This document shows, piece by piece, positions 24,680 through 33,092 of a DNA stretch of 64,000 bases. A program made the position numbers and the translations under genes. Every line of letters starts with the position of its first letter. The first letter of the stretch is position 1. This stretch comes from Candidatus Saccharimonadia bacterium (GTDB lineage Bacteria; Patescibacteriota; Saccharimonadia; Saccharimonadales; 2-12-FULL-41-12), in assembly GCA_963717365.1 (NCBI GenBank), contig OY970327.1:799752-863751 (forward strand), given 5' to 3'. The notes below the pieces were generated by a model. That model was not told where the DNA came from. It ran no database searches and worked only from the letters and a program-made list of their open reading frames with translations.

Positions 24680-25723
24680 TTAATAGCCTTTATACTCAGC
24701 TTTTAAGTTTTGCGTCTGTTTATCAAATTCTTCTTTTGCAACAGGCTGGCTCTTAGGTACATCTTCAAGGAGCACAAAATAATAATACATATCCACTGAT
24801 TCGGCTTTTGCGTCTGTTCCAACAAGTGCTTTTCCTGTCTGTACATCCAACAAAGATTGCTGTTTATGCGAAGTAATAAAGCTTGTTATCGGTTTATAAA
24901 ATATCTGCGTGTGCCAATTCACATTTGTTTTTTCGCCAAAACGTGTGCTGTGGTTAGAGGTACTTTTAATACTGTTGCCAAGCCGGGGGTCAGATAAGAT
25001 CTGCTTTAAGACTTCATCTGGCTTTATTTTATTGTCCTTAAGTTGCTGGTGATAAAAGTCAGCCTTCTCTTTGGCATAGTTCTTATCTTGCTCAACTAAC
25101 TTAGGGTCGTTTAGGCCATCAGGTCGATAAGCAGGTCCATATTGTAAATGTTGTCCAAAATAAAAATCAAAAGCGTATCCCTTATAGCCTGGAGCAGTTG
25201 TAATTCCGATGTAGTCGTCAACTACGGCTGCTTTAGCTATAAGGTTAAGCCAACTTTCTTTATTATGAGCAGAGTCTTGAGCATTGTCTGGGATTTCTTT
25301 TTGATAAGTGGCTATCTCTTCATCACTAGGTTTAATACCTAACTGCTCTGCCACATAAATCTTCTTTAACAATTCAAATAATAGCTTGGCCGATTCATTT
25401 TTATTAGTACCTCTTGCTTCTACCGGGTACTTAACGAGTTCATTTACTTCACTTTCGTGATACTTTTTGCCATCGATTGAAAAGATCACAGGATTGCCAG
25501 ATTTTCCAAATCTATCACCATTAAATAAAACCATACCTATAATTACTGCTATGACAACCGTGAATCCAGCTAAATACAAAAGACTTCTTTTGGAAAGCTT
25601 AGTAAGTTGACGTTGTTTAAAATTCAGTTTTATATTGCGCATTTTATCATTACATTGAGATACATTGCTTATGGTTTCTCTTCTAGCCATTATTGTACAA
25701 GTCTTGTGCTTATTCGTAAACAT
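24680..25723 (-). CDS. Membrane-anchored hypothetical protein with SurA-N-like chaperone segment
   Basis: 347 aa (alternative starts at M12 or M28). One TM helix (SLLYLAGFTVVIAVIIGMVLF). ESAKLLFELLKKIYVAEQLGIKPSDEEIATYQKE resembles the SurA-N/PpiD helical domain. Stops 18 nt before the 1050-aa gene start. Confidence 0.4.
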   Translation of the reverse strand: MFTNKHKTCTIMARRETISNVSQCNDKMRNIKLNFKQRQLTKLSKRSLLYLAGFTVVIAVIIGMVLFNGDRFGKSGNPVIFSIDGKKYHESEVNELVKYPVEARGTNKNESAKLLFELLKKIYVAEQLGIKPSDEEIATYQKEIPDNAQDSAHNKESWLNLIAKAAVVDDYIGITTAPGYKGYAFDFYFGQHLQYGPAYRPDGLNDPKLVEQDKNYAKEKADFYHQQLKDNKIKPDEVLKQILSDPRLGNSIKSTSNHSTRFGEKTNVNWHTQIFYKPITSFITSHKQQSLLDVQTGKALVGTDAKAESVDMYYYFVLLEDVPKSQPVAKEEFDKQTQNLKAEYKGY

Positions 25724-25861
25724 AAGCCTGACTAACTTATAGGTAATTTAATTTTTGTTAAGTTTTATTTTTTGATTTTTCTGGGCTTTTATGTAGAAAG
25801 ATTGATTAACTACATAAAATATGCTAGTATCGGCAGTAGGATTCATAAGAGGTATTTAGCA

Positions 25862-26425
25862 ATGGAGCAAGCGCCAGCACAACAACAATTTGAAGGTGAA
25901 ACTAAACGTCATATAGGCATGCGTGGGGCTGTAGCCGTAGCAATGGCTGCAACCGTAGCTTTTTTTGCGAGCGAAGCTATGACTACACGAGGAGAGGCTG
26001 GCGAGCGAAATACTCTCCTAGAAGGGCTAACTCCTGCAGAGCGAGAATTCAGATGTGCTAGTTGGGGGACTCAAAGGCCTTTTGCCGCAAAATCTGAATA
26101 TATTAATAGTTCACGCAGCAAATTTAGAATCGCCTTTAAACAAGATTCGGTTGAAGGATGTACTCCTATAGGACAACGTAGTCTTGTATACTTTCAGGAA
26201 ATACAAAAAGATGGCGAATGGCAGCGTAACAGCCGCATCTCTAAACCCGTTGCTGGGAATACTTTCAAAACTGTTAACAGTATCGTTACAGCGCCTTATT
26301 CTTGCGGAAGCAACATTGGCCAGACCATGGTAAGGCGAGTAGTCCGCGTTACTTGGAATCCTAAAAAGCCAGGCGTAGAAAACACTTCTCAGACATATCC
26401 AGGAAAAGCTAAAAACGTCTGCTAA
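25862..26425 (+). CDS. Hypothetical membrane-anchored protein
   Basis: The track ORF opens at 25772. ATG 25862 is preferred because AAGAGG lies ~10 nt upstream (MEQAPAQQQFEG...). One TM helix (GAVAVAMAATVAFFASEAM). No family recognised. Confidence 0.5.
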   Translation: MEQAPAQQQFEGETKRHIGMRGAVAVAMAATVAFFASEAMTTRGEAGERNTLLEGLTPAEREFRCASWGTQRPFAAKSEYINSSRSKFRIAFKQDSVEGCTPIGQRSLVYFQEIQKDGEWQRNSRISKPVAGNTFKTVNSIVTAPYSCGSNIGQTMVRRVVRVTWNPKKPGVENTSQTYPGKAKNVC

Positions 26426-26440
26426 TAAATAATACCGAGA

Positions 26441-27097
26441 CTACCAGTCCAGCGAGATGTTCCTCATCATCTCCACCACCCGCTCATGGTCGGGCATAGC
26501 ATTATCGTCGTAATAGTGTTTGAGCGGAAAATCTGTTTCTATGACGCCCAAGTTGAAAAATTTGTGGGTCATTAGGTGCAACTTGTCGATTAATTCAGAG
26601 TTGCAGAGGGGCGTGGCGACTATCACCTCTTTAATGGAGATCGGTTTCAGAAAATCAGCAGCAACGTCGAGTGACAGGCCGTTTAGGATGCCGTCGGACA
26701 CGAGGATGATAGTGTGGCGTCGAAGTAACTTCTTATTAATGGCACCGTCTTTACCTACCACGCGGTTGAGCTTCTGAAAGGTCTGAAGACGCATTTGGTC
26801 TATCAGCGTACGTGAGTAAGTGGTTATTTCTTCCAGGTCGGCCGCCGATAGACTGTGGTTAAACGTAAATGTACCCGCCGAACTCATAGCGGCCAGCGGT
26901 TCAAGCTCGCGTGGCAATGTTACGTCTTCAATGGTGAGTAAAAAAAGCGAGCCGTGAAGCGCTTTGGCTATTTCCGCGCCAACCATTACCCCGCCTTCAC
27001 TTAAAGCGACCACGGCGCAGTTTTCAACGTTATAGTCGCGGCCCATTTCTTTTGCCAGGAGCTTCCCAGCCTCTGTTCGATTCTTAAAATACCGCAT
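26441..27097 (-). CDS. Phosphoribosyltransferase-family protein (uncharacterised PRT subgroup)
   Basis: 218 aa. MRYFKNRTEAGKLLAKEM...VVALSEGGVMVGAEIAKAL and a PRPP-loop-like HTIILVSDGILNGLS. Confidence 0.55.
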   Translation of the reverse strand: MRYFKNRTEAGKLLAKEMGRDYNVENCAVVALSEGGVMVGAEIAKALHGSLFLLTIEDVTLPRELEPLAAMSSAGTFTFNHSLSAADLEEITTYSRTLIDQMRLQTFQKLNRVVGKDGAINKKLLRRHTIILVSDGILNGLSLDVAADFLKPISIKEVIVATPLCNSELIDKLHLMTHKFFNLGVIETDFPLKHYYDDNAMPDHERVVEMMRNISLDW

Positions 27098-27099
27098 AT

Positions 27100-28023
27100 C
27101 TACTTATTGAGCTCGTGTCCGCCGAATTTGTTGCGCATTGCGGCTAGCATTTTAGTGGCAAAGTTCACTTCGCCTTTTTGTGAAGCCAAGCGAACGTCAA
27201 ATGACGTTTCAATCGCCGGCAATGGAATATTCATTTCTTTAGCAACCTCAATGGTCCAGCGGGCTTCGCCCGATTCGGCAACAAAGCCATCAATTCCTTC
27301 AAGTGTTGGATTCTCAGCGATAGCTGCCTGGCTCAGTTCATTAAGCCACGACGTTACCACGCTGCCATGCTGCCACACCTCGCCGGCGGCCGCCAAGTCT
27401 ATTTCGGCATACGGACCTTCTTTTAGCATACGGTAGCCCTCTGCCAAAGATTCCATCATGCCGTATTCAATGGCGTTGTGGACCATTTTTACATAGTGCC
27501 CGGAACCGCTCGGTCCAAAGTGCTGGTAAGCACCACGCGGTGCGGCCAGCGTTTTAAAGACCGATTCAATCTGGGCGAACACGTCCTGCCCGCCGCCGTC
27601 CTGGCCAGTGCCGCCCCCAATCATCATAGAAAAGCCATTCTCGTAGCCCCAGACTCCCCCACTGGTGCCGCTGTCTAATAAGACAGAGCCGGCTTTAGCA
27701 ACTTTTTCGGCACGCTGTTTAGTTAGGCGGAAATCCGAGTTACCACCATCAATGATAATGCTGCCTTCTGGGACTATCGCCAGCCATTCTTCAAGTTGTT
27801 CGTCAATCATATCGGCTGGTACCATAATCCATAGCACCACCTGGTCGCCTTCAAAGGCAGCGATCGCCGTCTGTTTTTCATAAGCGGCGGTAGCACCATA
27901 CTCTACTGCCTGATCAACTTTTTCATTGCTGCGATTATGCGCGATAACGTCGTGTCCGTCTTCTGCTAATTTGCGGGCGATCTGCATCCCCATTCGTCCC
28001 AATCCTGCAATTGCTATCTTCAT
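27100..28023 (-). CDS. gnd: 6-phosphogluconate dehydrogenase (decarboxylating), short YqeC-like form
   Basis: Start set at ATG 28023 (MKIAIAGLGRMGMQIARKL, Rossmann motif) with AAGGAG 7 nt upstream. 6PGDH signature GHYVKMVHNAIEYGMM. Confidence 0.8.
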   Translation of the reverse strand: MKIAIAGLGRMGMQIARKLAEDGHDVIAHNRSNEKVDQAVEYGATAAYEKQTAIAAFEGDQVVLWIMVPADMIDEQLEEWLAIVPEGSIIIDGGNSDFRLTKQRAEKVAKAGSVLLDSGTSGGVWGYENGFSMMIGGGTGQDGGGQDVFAQIESVFKTLAAPRGAYQHFGPSGSGHYVKMVHNAIEYGMMESLAEGYRMLKEGPYAEIDLAAAGEVWQHGSVVTSWLNELSQAAIAENPTLEGIDGFVAESGEARWTIEVAKEMNIPLPAIETSFDVRLASQKGEVNFATKMLAAMRNKFGGHELNK

Positions 28024-28088
28024 ATCAGTCTCCTTTTCTTTGACAAAGCTTTTGAGCCAGTTCAATACTCGCCAAGGTTCTATCTATT

Positions 28089-28466
28089 CTACCTGATTAA
28101 CTCTATCGTCAAAAATTTGCCGTACTTTTTGGCTAATGCGGCATCAAGAGTCATAAAAACAGTACACTTCTGCCGCAACGCGGCAGCAATTTGCAACGCG
28201 TCCTCAAAGTCTTTACCTTTATAATGAGCCAGTGCCCAATCAACGTCCGCGGCATCTACATCGATGACCGAACAACGCGTCACTACCCGCTCTACCTCGA
28301 GCACATCAAATTTGTGGGCTTCAGCCAGGTAAAACGCAGTGCTGACCGTTAACGTTGTAATGTAAAGCGGCTCATTGCCATATAGGTTAAGCGCGCGCAG
28401 TACAGTTTTGGCGCGCAACCGTTCTTCAACAAGCTCCATTACAATATTAGTGTCAAGCACCAGCAT
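28089..28466 (-). CDS. vapC: PIN-domain toxin (VapC-like)
   Basis: 125 aa. MLVLDTNIVMEL (first acidic residue), later acidic residues present (..DVDAADVD.., ..TLD). Follows a small antitoxin-like ORF after a 2-nt gap. Confidence 0.7.
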   Translation of the reverse strand: MLVLDTNIVMELVEERLRAKTVLRALNLYGNEPLYITTLTVSTAFYLAEAHKFDVLEVERVVTRCSVIDVDAADVDWALAHYKGKDFEDALQIAAALRQKCTVFMTLDAALAKKYGKFLTIELIR

Positions 28467-28468
28467 AA

Positions 28469-28756
28469 TTATTTCTTATAGCCAAATTTACGCTCCAGGT
28501 ATTCAAGCCTGGTACGTTTCATGAGTGCAACCGTATCTTCTTCTTTAGGGAATGGCGTCTTAACTGGCGGACGAGACTTAAGATACTGTATAAGCTCGCT
28601 ACCGCTGCCTGGCTTAGGCTTTTTAGAACGAGGCGTCCTGGAACTAGCCAGCTCACGCCGGTGTTCTGTAATAACTACTTCGTAGCCGCTGTTCAAAAGA
28701 CGAATGTATTCGTGCGGATTAGTTCGTAGCTGCTTAAGTGTAACTGAGGTTTTCAT
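28469..28756 (-). CDS. Antitoxin-like protein (Phd/YefM-like N-terminus) paired with VapC
   Basis: 95 aa. MKTSVTLKQLRTNPHEYIRLLNSGYEVVITEHRRELA resembles a Phd/YefM-type fold. Basic C-terminal tail. Position is directly upstream of the PIN gene. Confidence 0.5.
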   Translation of the reverse strand: MKTSVTLKQLRTNPHEYIRLLNSGYEVVITEHRRELASSRTPRSKKPKPGSGSELIQYLKSRPPVKTPFPKEEDTVALMKRTRLEYLERKFGYKK

Positions 28757-28763
28757 ATTGTTT

Positions 28764-28792
28764 ATACTACATTTATATATTCAAAAAGTCAA
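28764..28792 (-). promoter_or_regulatory. Sigma-70-type promoter TTGACT-17-TAGTAT, 7 nt from the antitoxin ATG (leaderless candidate)
   Basis: Minus strand: TTGACT (28792-28787), 17-nt spacer, TAGTAT (28769-28764), AAACAAT, ATG (28756). Confidence 0.55.
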
Positions 28793-28863
28793 CAAAAAGT
28801 GTAACTTTTAACAATAATTTAATCTTTTGAGCAACTTGTCACGAAATCCTCAATCAAGTACTT

Positions 28864-28943
28864 TTTAAAACTACACACCCCATACACACTGGACTAGTTA
28901 AGTAGTGTGTATGGCGCCGCGTATCCAGTGTGTAATTTTAAAA
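28864..28943. repeat. Nested palindrome built from four ACACAC(T) half-sites
   Basis: Inner 11-bp stem CCATACACACT (28880-28890) / AGTGTGTATGG (28904-28914). Outer arms TTTTAAAACTACACAC (28864-28879) / GTGTGTAATTTTAAAA (28928-28943) with one mismatch. Alternative pairing ACACACTGGA / TCCAGTGTGT. Confidence 0.8.
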
Positions 28944-28992
28944 ATAGATAAAAAGAAGACTGAATATAGTTGAAAGGGATGATTTACATACG

Positions 28993-29664
28993 CTATCGCG
29001 CGCCATCAAGAGGTGCCCAGCCAAACGGATTACCCAGGTCATGTAGACAGTCTTTGTTATTCGACATGCCATAGATAATCGCATAATCGTCAGGAACTTC
29101 CGGAGCCTCAATACATGCCTGAATAAGATTGACGCAGTCGCGATGGCTAAACCAGACCTGGCGCTCGGAATACGGGTGTTCCGGCGGCTTATCAGCCCGG
29201 TTCACCCCACCAAACCGCACACAGATTACTTTTAATTCCTTGGCATCGGCGTAGTAGCGGCCGAGCGCTTCCATCATGCATTTGCTGGCTCCATACGGGC
29301 TGTCGGGCACCGGCAGCACGTCTGGCTGCAGCAATGGCGCGCCAGTGTCGCGGCCGGCAAATTTGTCGGCATGTACCGAGCTGGCAATAATTACCCGCTT
29401 AACACCCGCCTCCTGGGCAGCCTGGTAAATATTGAAATTCTGGGTAATATTACCCGGATCCAGATTTTCGCTCAGCCACGTCTCGTGTTCGGAATCCCAA
29501 GCCAGGTGAACAATAACATCGTGGCCCCGTGCCATTTCCAAAAGCTGCTTATAGTCCTCAACATTGTGCCGGGGCAGATCAAAATCTGTTGTCTCATGTG
29601 GCAGACCATTTTTTAGAACCGTGCCGATTACCCCGCTGCTGCCCGTGATCAAGACTTTTTTCAT
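28993..29664 (-). CDS. NAD-dependent epimerase/dehydratase (short SDR-fold protein)
   Basis: 223 aa. MKKVLITGSSGVIGTVL (GxxGxxG) and catalytic PYGASKCMME (YxxxK). Confidence 0.7.
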   Translation of the reverse strand: MKKVLITGSSGVIGTVLKNGLPHETTDFDLPRHNVEDYKQLLEMARGHDVIVHLAWDSEHETWLSENLDPGNITQNFNIYQAAQEAGVKRVIIASSVHADKFAGRDTGAPLLQPDVLPVPDSPYGASKCMMEALGRYYADAKELKVICVRFGGVNRADKPPEHPYSERQVWFSHRDCVNLIQACIEAPEVPDDYAIIYGMSNNKDCLHDLGNPFGWAPLDGAR

Positions 29665-29715
29665 ACATAAAAGTATACGGTATGACCACTATCAATACTA
29701 CGGACTCCGAAACAG

Positions 29716-30411
29716 CTACTTATCGCCGTTTAGCCAGTCGGTGGCTTCTCTCAAGTCGGTGCGGGCCAACTCAAAACCATCGTCAATGGATTGTCGCCAA
29801 TCTTCTATATACGGAACTATCTCGGCGGCAGTTTTTTGATCCGTGAAGGCTGCGGTATCCACGCCAGTTTGGACTACTTCCCATAGATTTTCTTTGACGC
29901 CAGCGACGGTCTGATGAGCCCGTTCTGTTAACCACTCCGGAGTAACTTCGCCGATGGCAGCCAGCTGCTTAAGAGCCGCGCCCTGGCGCTCTGCATCACT
30001 CAGAACGGTTTGCAGTTTTTTGAGCCTGTCTGTCCTGCTGCACGCCGCATCGACATTTGGCCCTAGGTTTTGCAAATAACCATTGATTGTCTCGCCAAAT
30101 TCACCGATCAACTCCGCAAGTGTTGCCGGTTCAATTGGCTCAGCCGGTTCATCGAATTGCCCATCATCGCGCGCAACTGCTGGGCGCTGAGCATATACGG
30201 CTTCTAGATCTTGGCTAGCTCTATTGAAGGTATCCCCCAATTCTATTTTTATACCAGCTGCAACAACCCGCCCTATAACTGCATCTTTGTCTTCTTCTCT
30301 GCCGTGTAAGTTCGCTAAAGCTGCTGCAATTTGTGGCACATCACCACTCTCAGCCCACTGGGTTAATATTTCCGGACTTGGTACTTGGTTTGTGTTCATA
30401 GCTTCTTTCAT
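29716..30411 (-). CDS. Hypothetical acidic helical protein
   Basis: 231 aa. No TM helix or signal peptide, no recognised motif. Starts 8 nt after the stop of the 631-aa gene. Confidence 0.5.
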   Translation of the reverse strand: MKEAMNTNQVPSPEILTQWAESGDVPQIAAALANLHGREEDKDAVIGRVVAAGIKIELGDTFNRASQDLEAVYAQRPAVARDDGQFDEPAEPIEPATLAELIGEFGETINGYLQNLGPNVDAACSRTDRLKKLQTVLSDAERQGAALKQLAAIGEVTPEWLTERAHQTVAGVKENLWEVVQTGVDTAAFTDQKTAAEIVPYIEDWRQSIDDGFELARTDLREATDWLNGDK

Positions 30412-30419
30412 ATTATATT

Positions 30420-32315
30420 CTATTTTTTATTTCTTCTAATCTGACCGTCTTTTTCTATAACCACCGCCGGCTTAGAGTTACGGTAGGTCCGCACAATGTT
30501 GGTCAGCGGCGGCATCTTTACTTTTTCAGTAGGTGTACCGTCAGGCAAAGAGTCTAGTGTAGTTAATATACTTCTCATATTCGCGATGTTAGTCTGAAAA
30601 TCATAATCAACCGATGAGTGTGTGCCGGTAGTATGGGTGCCATAGACTGATCCCTCGGCAGTGTGCGCACGAAAGTATGATTCAACCGGCAGCCTAGCCG
30701 TTTCGTTATTCCCCCAATTGCCATTTCCAACTCCTAGCCCCTTTTCAAGGCGGTTTTCCGACGCGGCAATCAAGTTTACCCTGACACAGACAGCATACTT
30801 GCTGTAGGCTCTGCTGCTACTAATACTTCTATAACTACTCGACATCTGGGCGCCACTGATCGTCCAGTCATCCAATAAAATAATACGGACGTTTTCTGGC
30901 TCTTTAGTAATATCGCTAACTTCCTGGACGATCCTTCCCGAGTATTGTTCTAGTTCTCCGTCACTAAAAGTGGCTAGAATATTTTCAAACAAATAGGTGT
31001 CGCTTTTTCTTAATCCCTCAGACCTTGTTATAGCAAGCGGTACGCATATTTGGTTGTCTGGGTCACTCTCTAAGTAGTCTTTCCATAATTTTCCAAGCCC
31101 CTGTACGGCTTCGTCGTATTCTTTTTTACCAATGAAGGTTAGGTTTTCCAGCATACTCTTGGCTTGTATCATATATGTCTCGTAGTCATCGTTGGCTGCC
31201 ATTTTTGGATTGGTAGTGCAGTCCATCAAAAAATCATGCAGCTCTACCAAGCCTTGGTGTTCGGTTAGCTCTCTAATATCGGGATTTCCTAGATCATCAA
31301 ACGACATAGGGTTTGCACCGTAAGATGCAAGGTGCCGGAATGTATTAGTTCGGCTTTTGTCACGTATTTGCTCTTCAAATATTGGAGCGTCTTTGACAAA
31401 ATGTTGTTTGCCGTCAATCTCGGGATTAGCTATTTCTACTGTTTCAATGTGTGTCTCTGGGACATCATGAGTCTGCTTGCTTGCAATAAAGTCATCAAGC
31501 ATCTTTTCCATTTCGGGCGATTGGGATTCCGTTGGGGGAACAGTCTTCCATATGTTGAGTGCTTCTGGACTTGGCTTCCAGTTAAGTGGCGCAAATGGCT
31601 CCTGATAGACGGCCGGGGTACCTTTGACGGTCTTCATGACTTCATCAAGCAATACCTTGCCAGCATCTTTGGCGGCCGCGACTAGTTTTTTGTATTTGCC
31701 CTGTTCGGCGGCCGACGTATGAGATATTCCAAGATCAGCTTCAGGCGAATGCCAAAAACCCTCTTCTACTATCTGCATTGTGTCTGGATTGTCTGGATTG
31801 TCCACGCCATCAAGCCAATAATCATACGTACTTAGGGTGTTTTCTGATGACATGGGGAGGTTAGTCTTACGTTTGGCAGAGTTGAGCATAATAGAAGGAA
31901 TGTTCTCTAAATTTTTTCCAAGTATTAACGGTGAGTCGTACTGCTTGAAGTTATTTGCTGGGTAAAGCTTACTCTTCTTCAAAAAATTACCGTTCTTGTC
32001 ATGATAGTGGAGATCATTAGTTTCAGGTTTGCTAGAAGAGATGAAATGCTCGGGCATTTCGTCTTCATCAAAATTGAAGTTCTGGAGACTACCGTAAGAA
32101 GGCAATTCAGCCCCAGGAGACGGTGACATCTGGGACATATGTTGATTCATCATGCTAGAAGCATTCGGATTAAGTGTGGCGATGTGAACCTTTTTCCCCA
32201 TCATTGCTTCGGACGGCATTGGGACAAACTTAGGCACAATACTGCCAGAGGCCGTAACGACATGCTGGTCATGGATTGGTTCGAGCTTGTTACCGGGAAA
32301 GGATTCTGGGAGCAT
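30420..32315 (-). CDS. Large hypothetical cytoplasmic protein with C-terminal PRTase-like (PRPP-loop) motif
   Basis: 631 aa. No signal peptide. C-terminal third contains VRIILLDDWTISGAQM, which matches the type-I phosphoribosyltransferase PRPP-binding pattern (hydrophobic x4-DD-x2-[TS]G). The rest is unrecognised. Visibly AT-richer than its neighbours. Confidence 0.5.
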   Translation of the reverse strand: MLPESFPGNKLEPIHDQHVVTASGSIVPKFVPMPSEAMMGKKVHIATLNPNASSMMNQHMSQMSPSPGAELPSYGSLQNFNFDEDEMPEHFISSSKPETNDLHYHDKNGNFLKKSKLYPANNFKQYDSPLILGKNLENIPSIMLNSAKRKTNLPMSSENTLSTYDYWLDGVDNPDNPDTMQIVEEGFWHSPEADLGISHTSAAEQGKYKKLVAAAKDAGKVLLDEVMKTVKGTPAVYQEPFAPLNWKPSPEALNIWKTVPPTESQSPEMEKMLDDFIASKQTHDVPETHIETVEIANPEIDGKQHFVKDAPIFEEQIRDKSRTNTFRHLASYGANPMSFDDLGNPDIRELTEHQGLVELHDFLMDCTTNPKMAANDDYETYMIQAKSMLENLTFIGKKEYDEAVQGLGKLWKDYLESDPDNQICVPLAITRSEGLRKSDTYLFENILATFSDGELEQYSGRIVQEVSDITKEPENVRIILLDDWTISGAQMSSSYRSISSSRAYSKYAVCVRVNLIAASENRLEKGLGVGNGNWGNNETARLPVESYFRAHTAEGSVYGTHTTGTHSSVDYDFQTNIANMRSILTTLDSLPDGTPTEKVKMPPLTNIVRTYRNSKPAVVIEKDGQIRRNKK

Positions 32316-32493
32316 TGTTTTATTTTTAGTTTTTTATTTAATATCTTTAGAAGCTTATTGTAGCAAAAAAAATGACTTTTGTCAAGTTTAATATGGTGAG
32401 GTACTAACTGGTTCTATAATTTGATATATTAAAATATTTGCGCAAAGTAGTACCTTTAGGTATACTTTAAGTGTAACCTTAAGGAAAAATAGT

Positions 32494-32703
32494 ATGACAA
32501 TTATCGGTCTCAAAGAACTCCGGCAAAATGCCAGCCAAATTGCCGAACGCGCCCAAAAAGGCGAACGCTTCACTGTAGTAAAACGGTCCAAGCCTATGTT
32601 TACTATCGTACCGCCGGTGCCGCAAGATAATGGCCTTGAAGCCTGGACAGAAAAATACATTGAAGATAATAAGGAACTTCTTGTTTCGCTAGCCGGCAAA
32701 TAA
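32494..32703 (+). CDS. phd: Phd/YefM-type antitoxin
   Basis: 69 aa. MTIIGLKELRQNASQIAERAQKGERFTVVKRSKPMFTIVP. Stops 2 nt before the doc start. Confidence 0.65.
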   Translation: MTIIGLKELRQNASQIAERAQKGERFTVVKRSKPMFTIVPPVPQDNGLEAWTEKYIEDNKELLVSLAGK

Positions 32704-32705
32704 GT

Positions 32706-33092
32706 ATGAGTTCCATTAGCCCTGATGAAATCGTATTCATTCACGATCAGATTATTAAAAAAACGGGTGGCGGTTTGGGAGTGCGTGAACCCGGCCTATT
32801 GCTTGCCATCGCCGCCAAGCCACACGCTAATTTTGGAGGCGAAGACTTATATCCCACTGTCTTTCTAAAGGCAGCCGCCCTGTATGAAGCGCTTTGTAAC
32901 TATCATATATTTATTGATGGCAATAAACGCTGCGGCATCGCCGTATGCGAGTATTTTCTACATAAAAACAATTACCTGCTTCAAGCTAGTAGGCAGCAAA
33001 AGGAAGAATTTACCCTTTTCATAGCGACCACCAATCCCAATCTTGAAGAAGTTGCAGCCTGGCTCCAAAAGCAAAGCAAGGAGGATAAATGA
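32706..33092 (+). CDS. doc: Doc (death-on-curing) Fic-fold toxin kinase
   Basis: 128 aa. Fic/Doc motif HIFIDGNKRCG (HxFx[DN][GA]NKR). N-terminal IHDQIIKKTGG. Confidence 0.85.
   Translation: MSSISPDEIVFIHDQIIKKTGGGLGVREPGLLLAIAAKPHANFGGEDLYPTVFLKAAALYEALCNYHIFIDGNKRCGIAVCEYFLHKNNYLLQASRQQKEEFTLFIATTNPNLEEVAAWLQKQSKEDK

Noticed and set aside
32388-32744. A 118-aa minus-strand ORF spanning the phd gene and its promoter region.
   Set aside because: It overlaps the convincing plus-strand phd-doc pair. Its translation is low-complexity and hydrophobic with no motif, and it has no plausible RBS.
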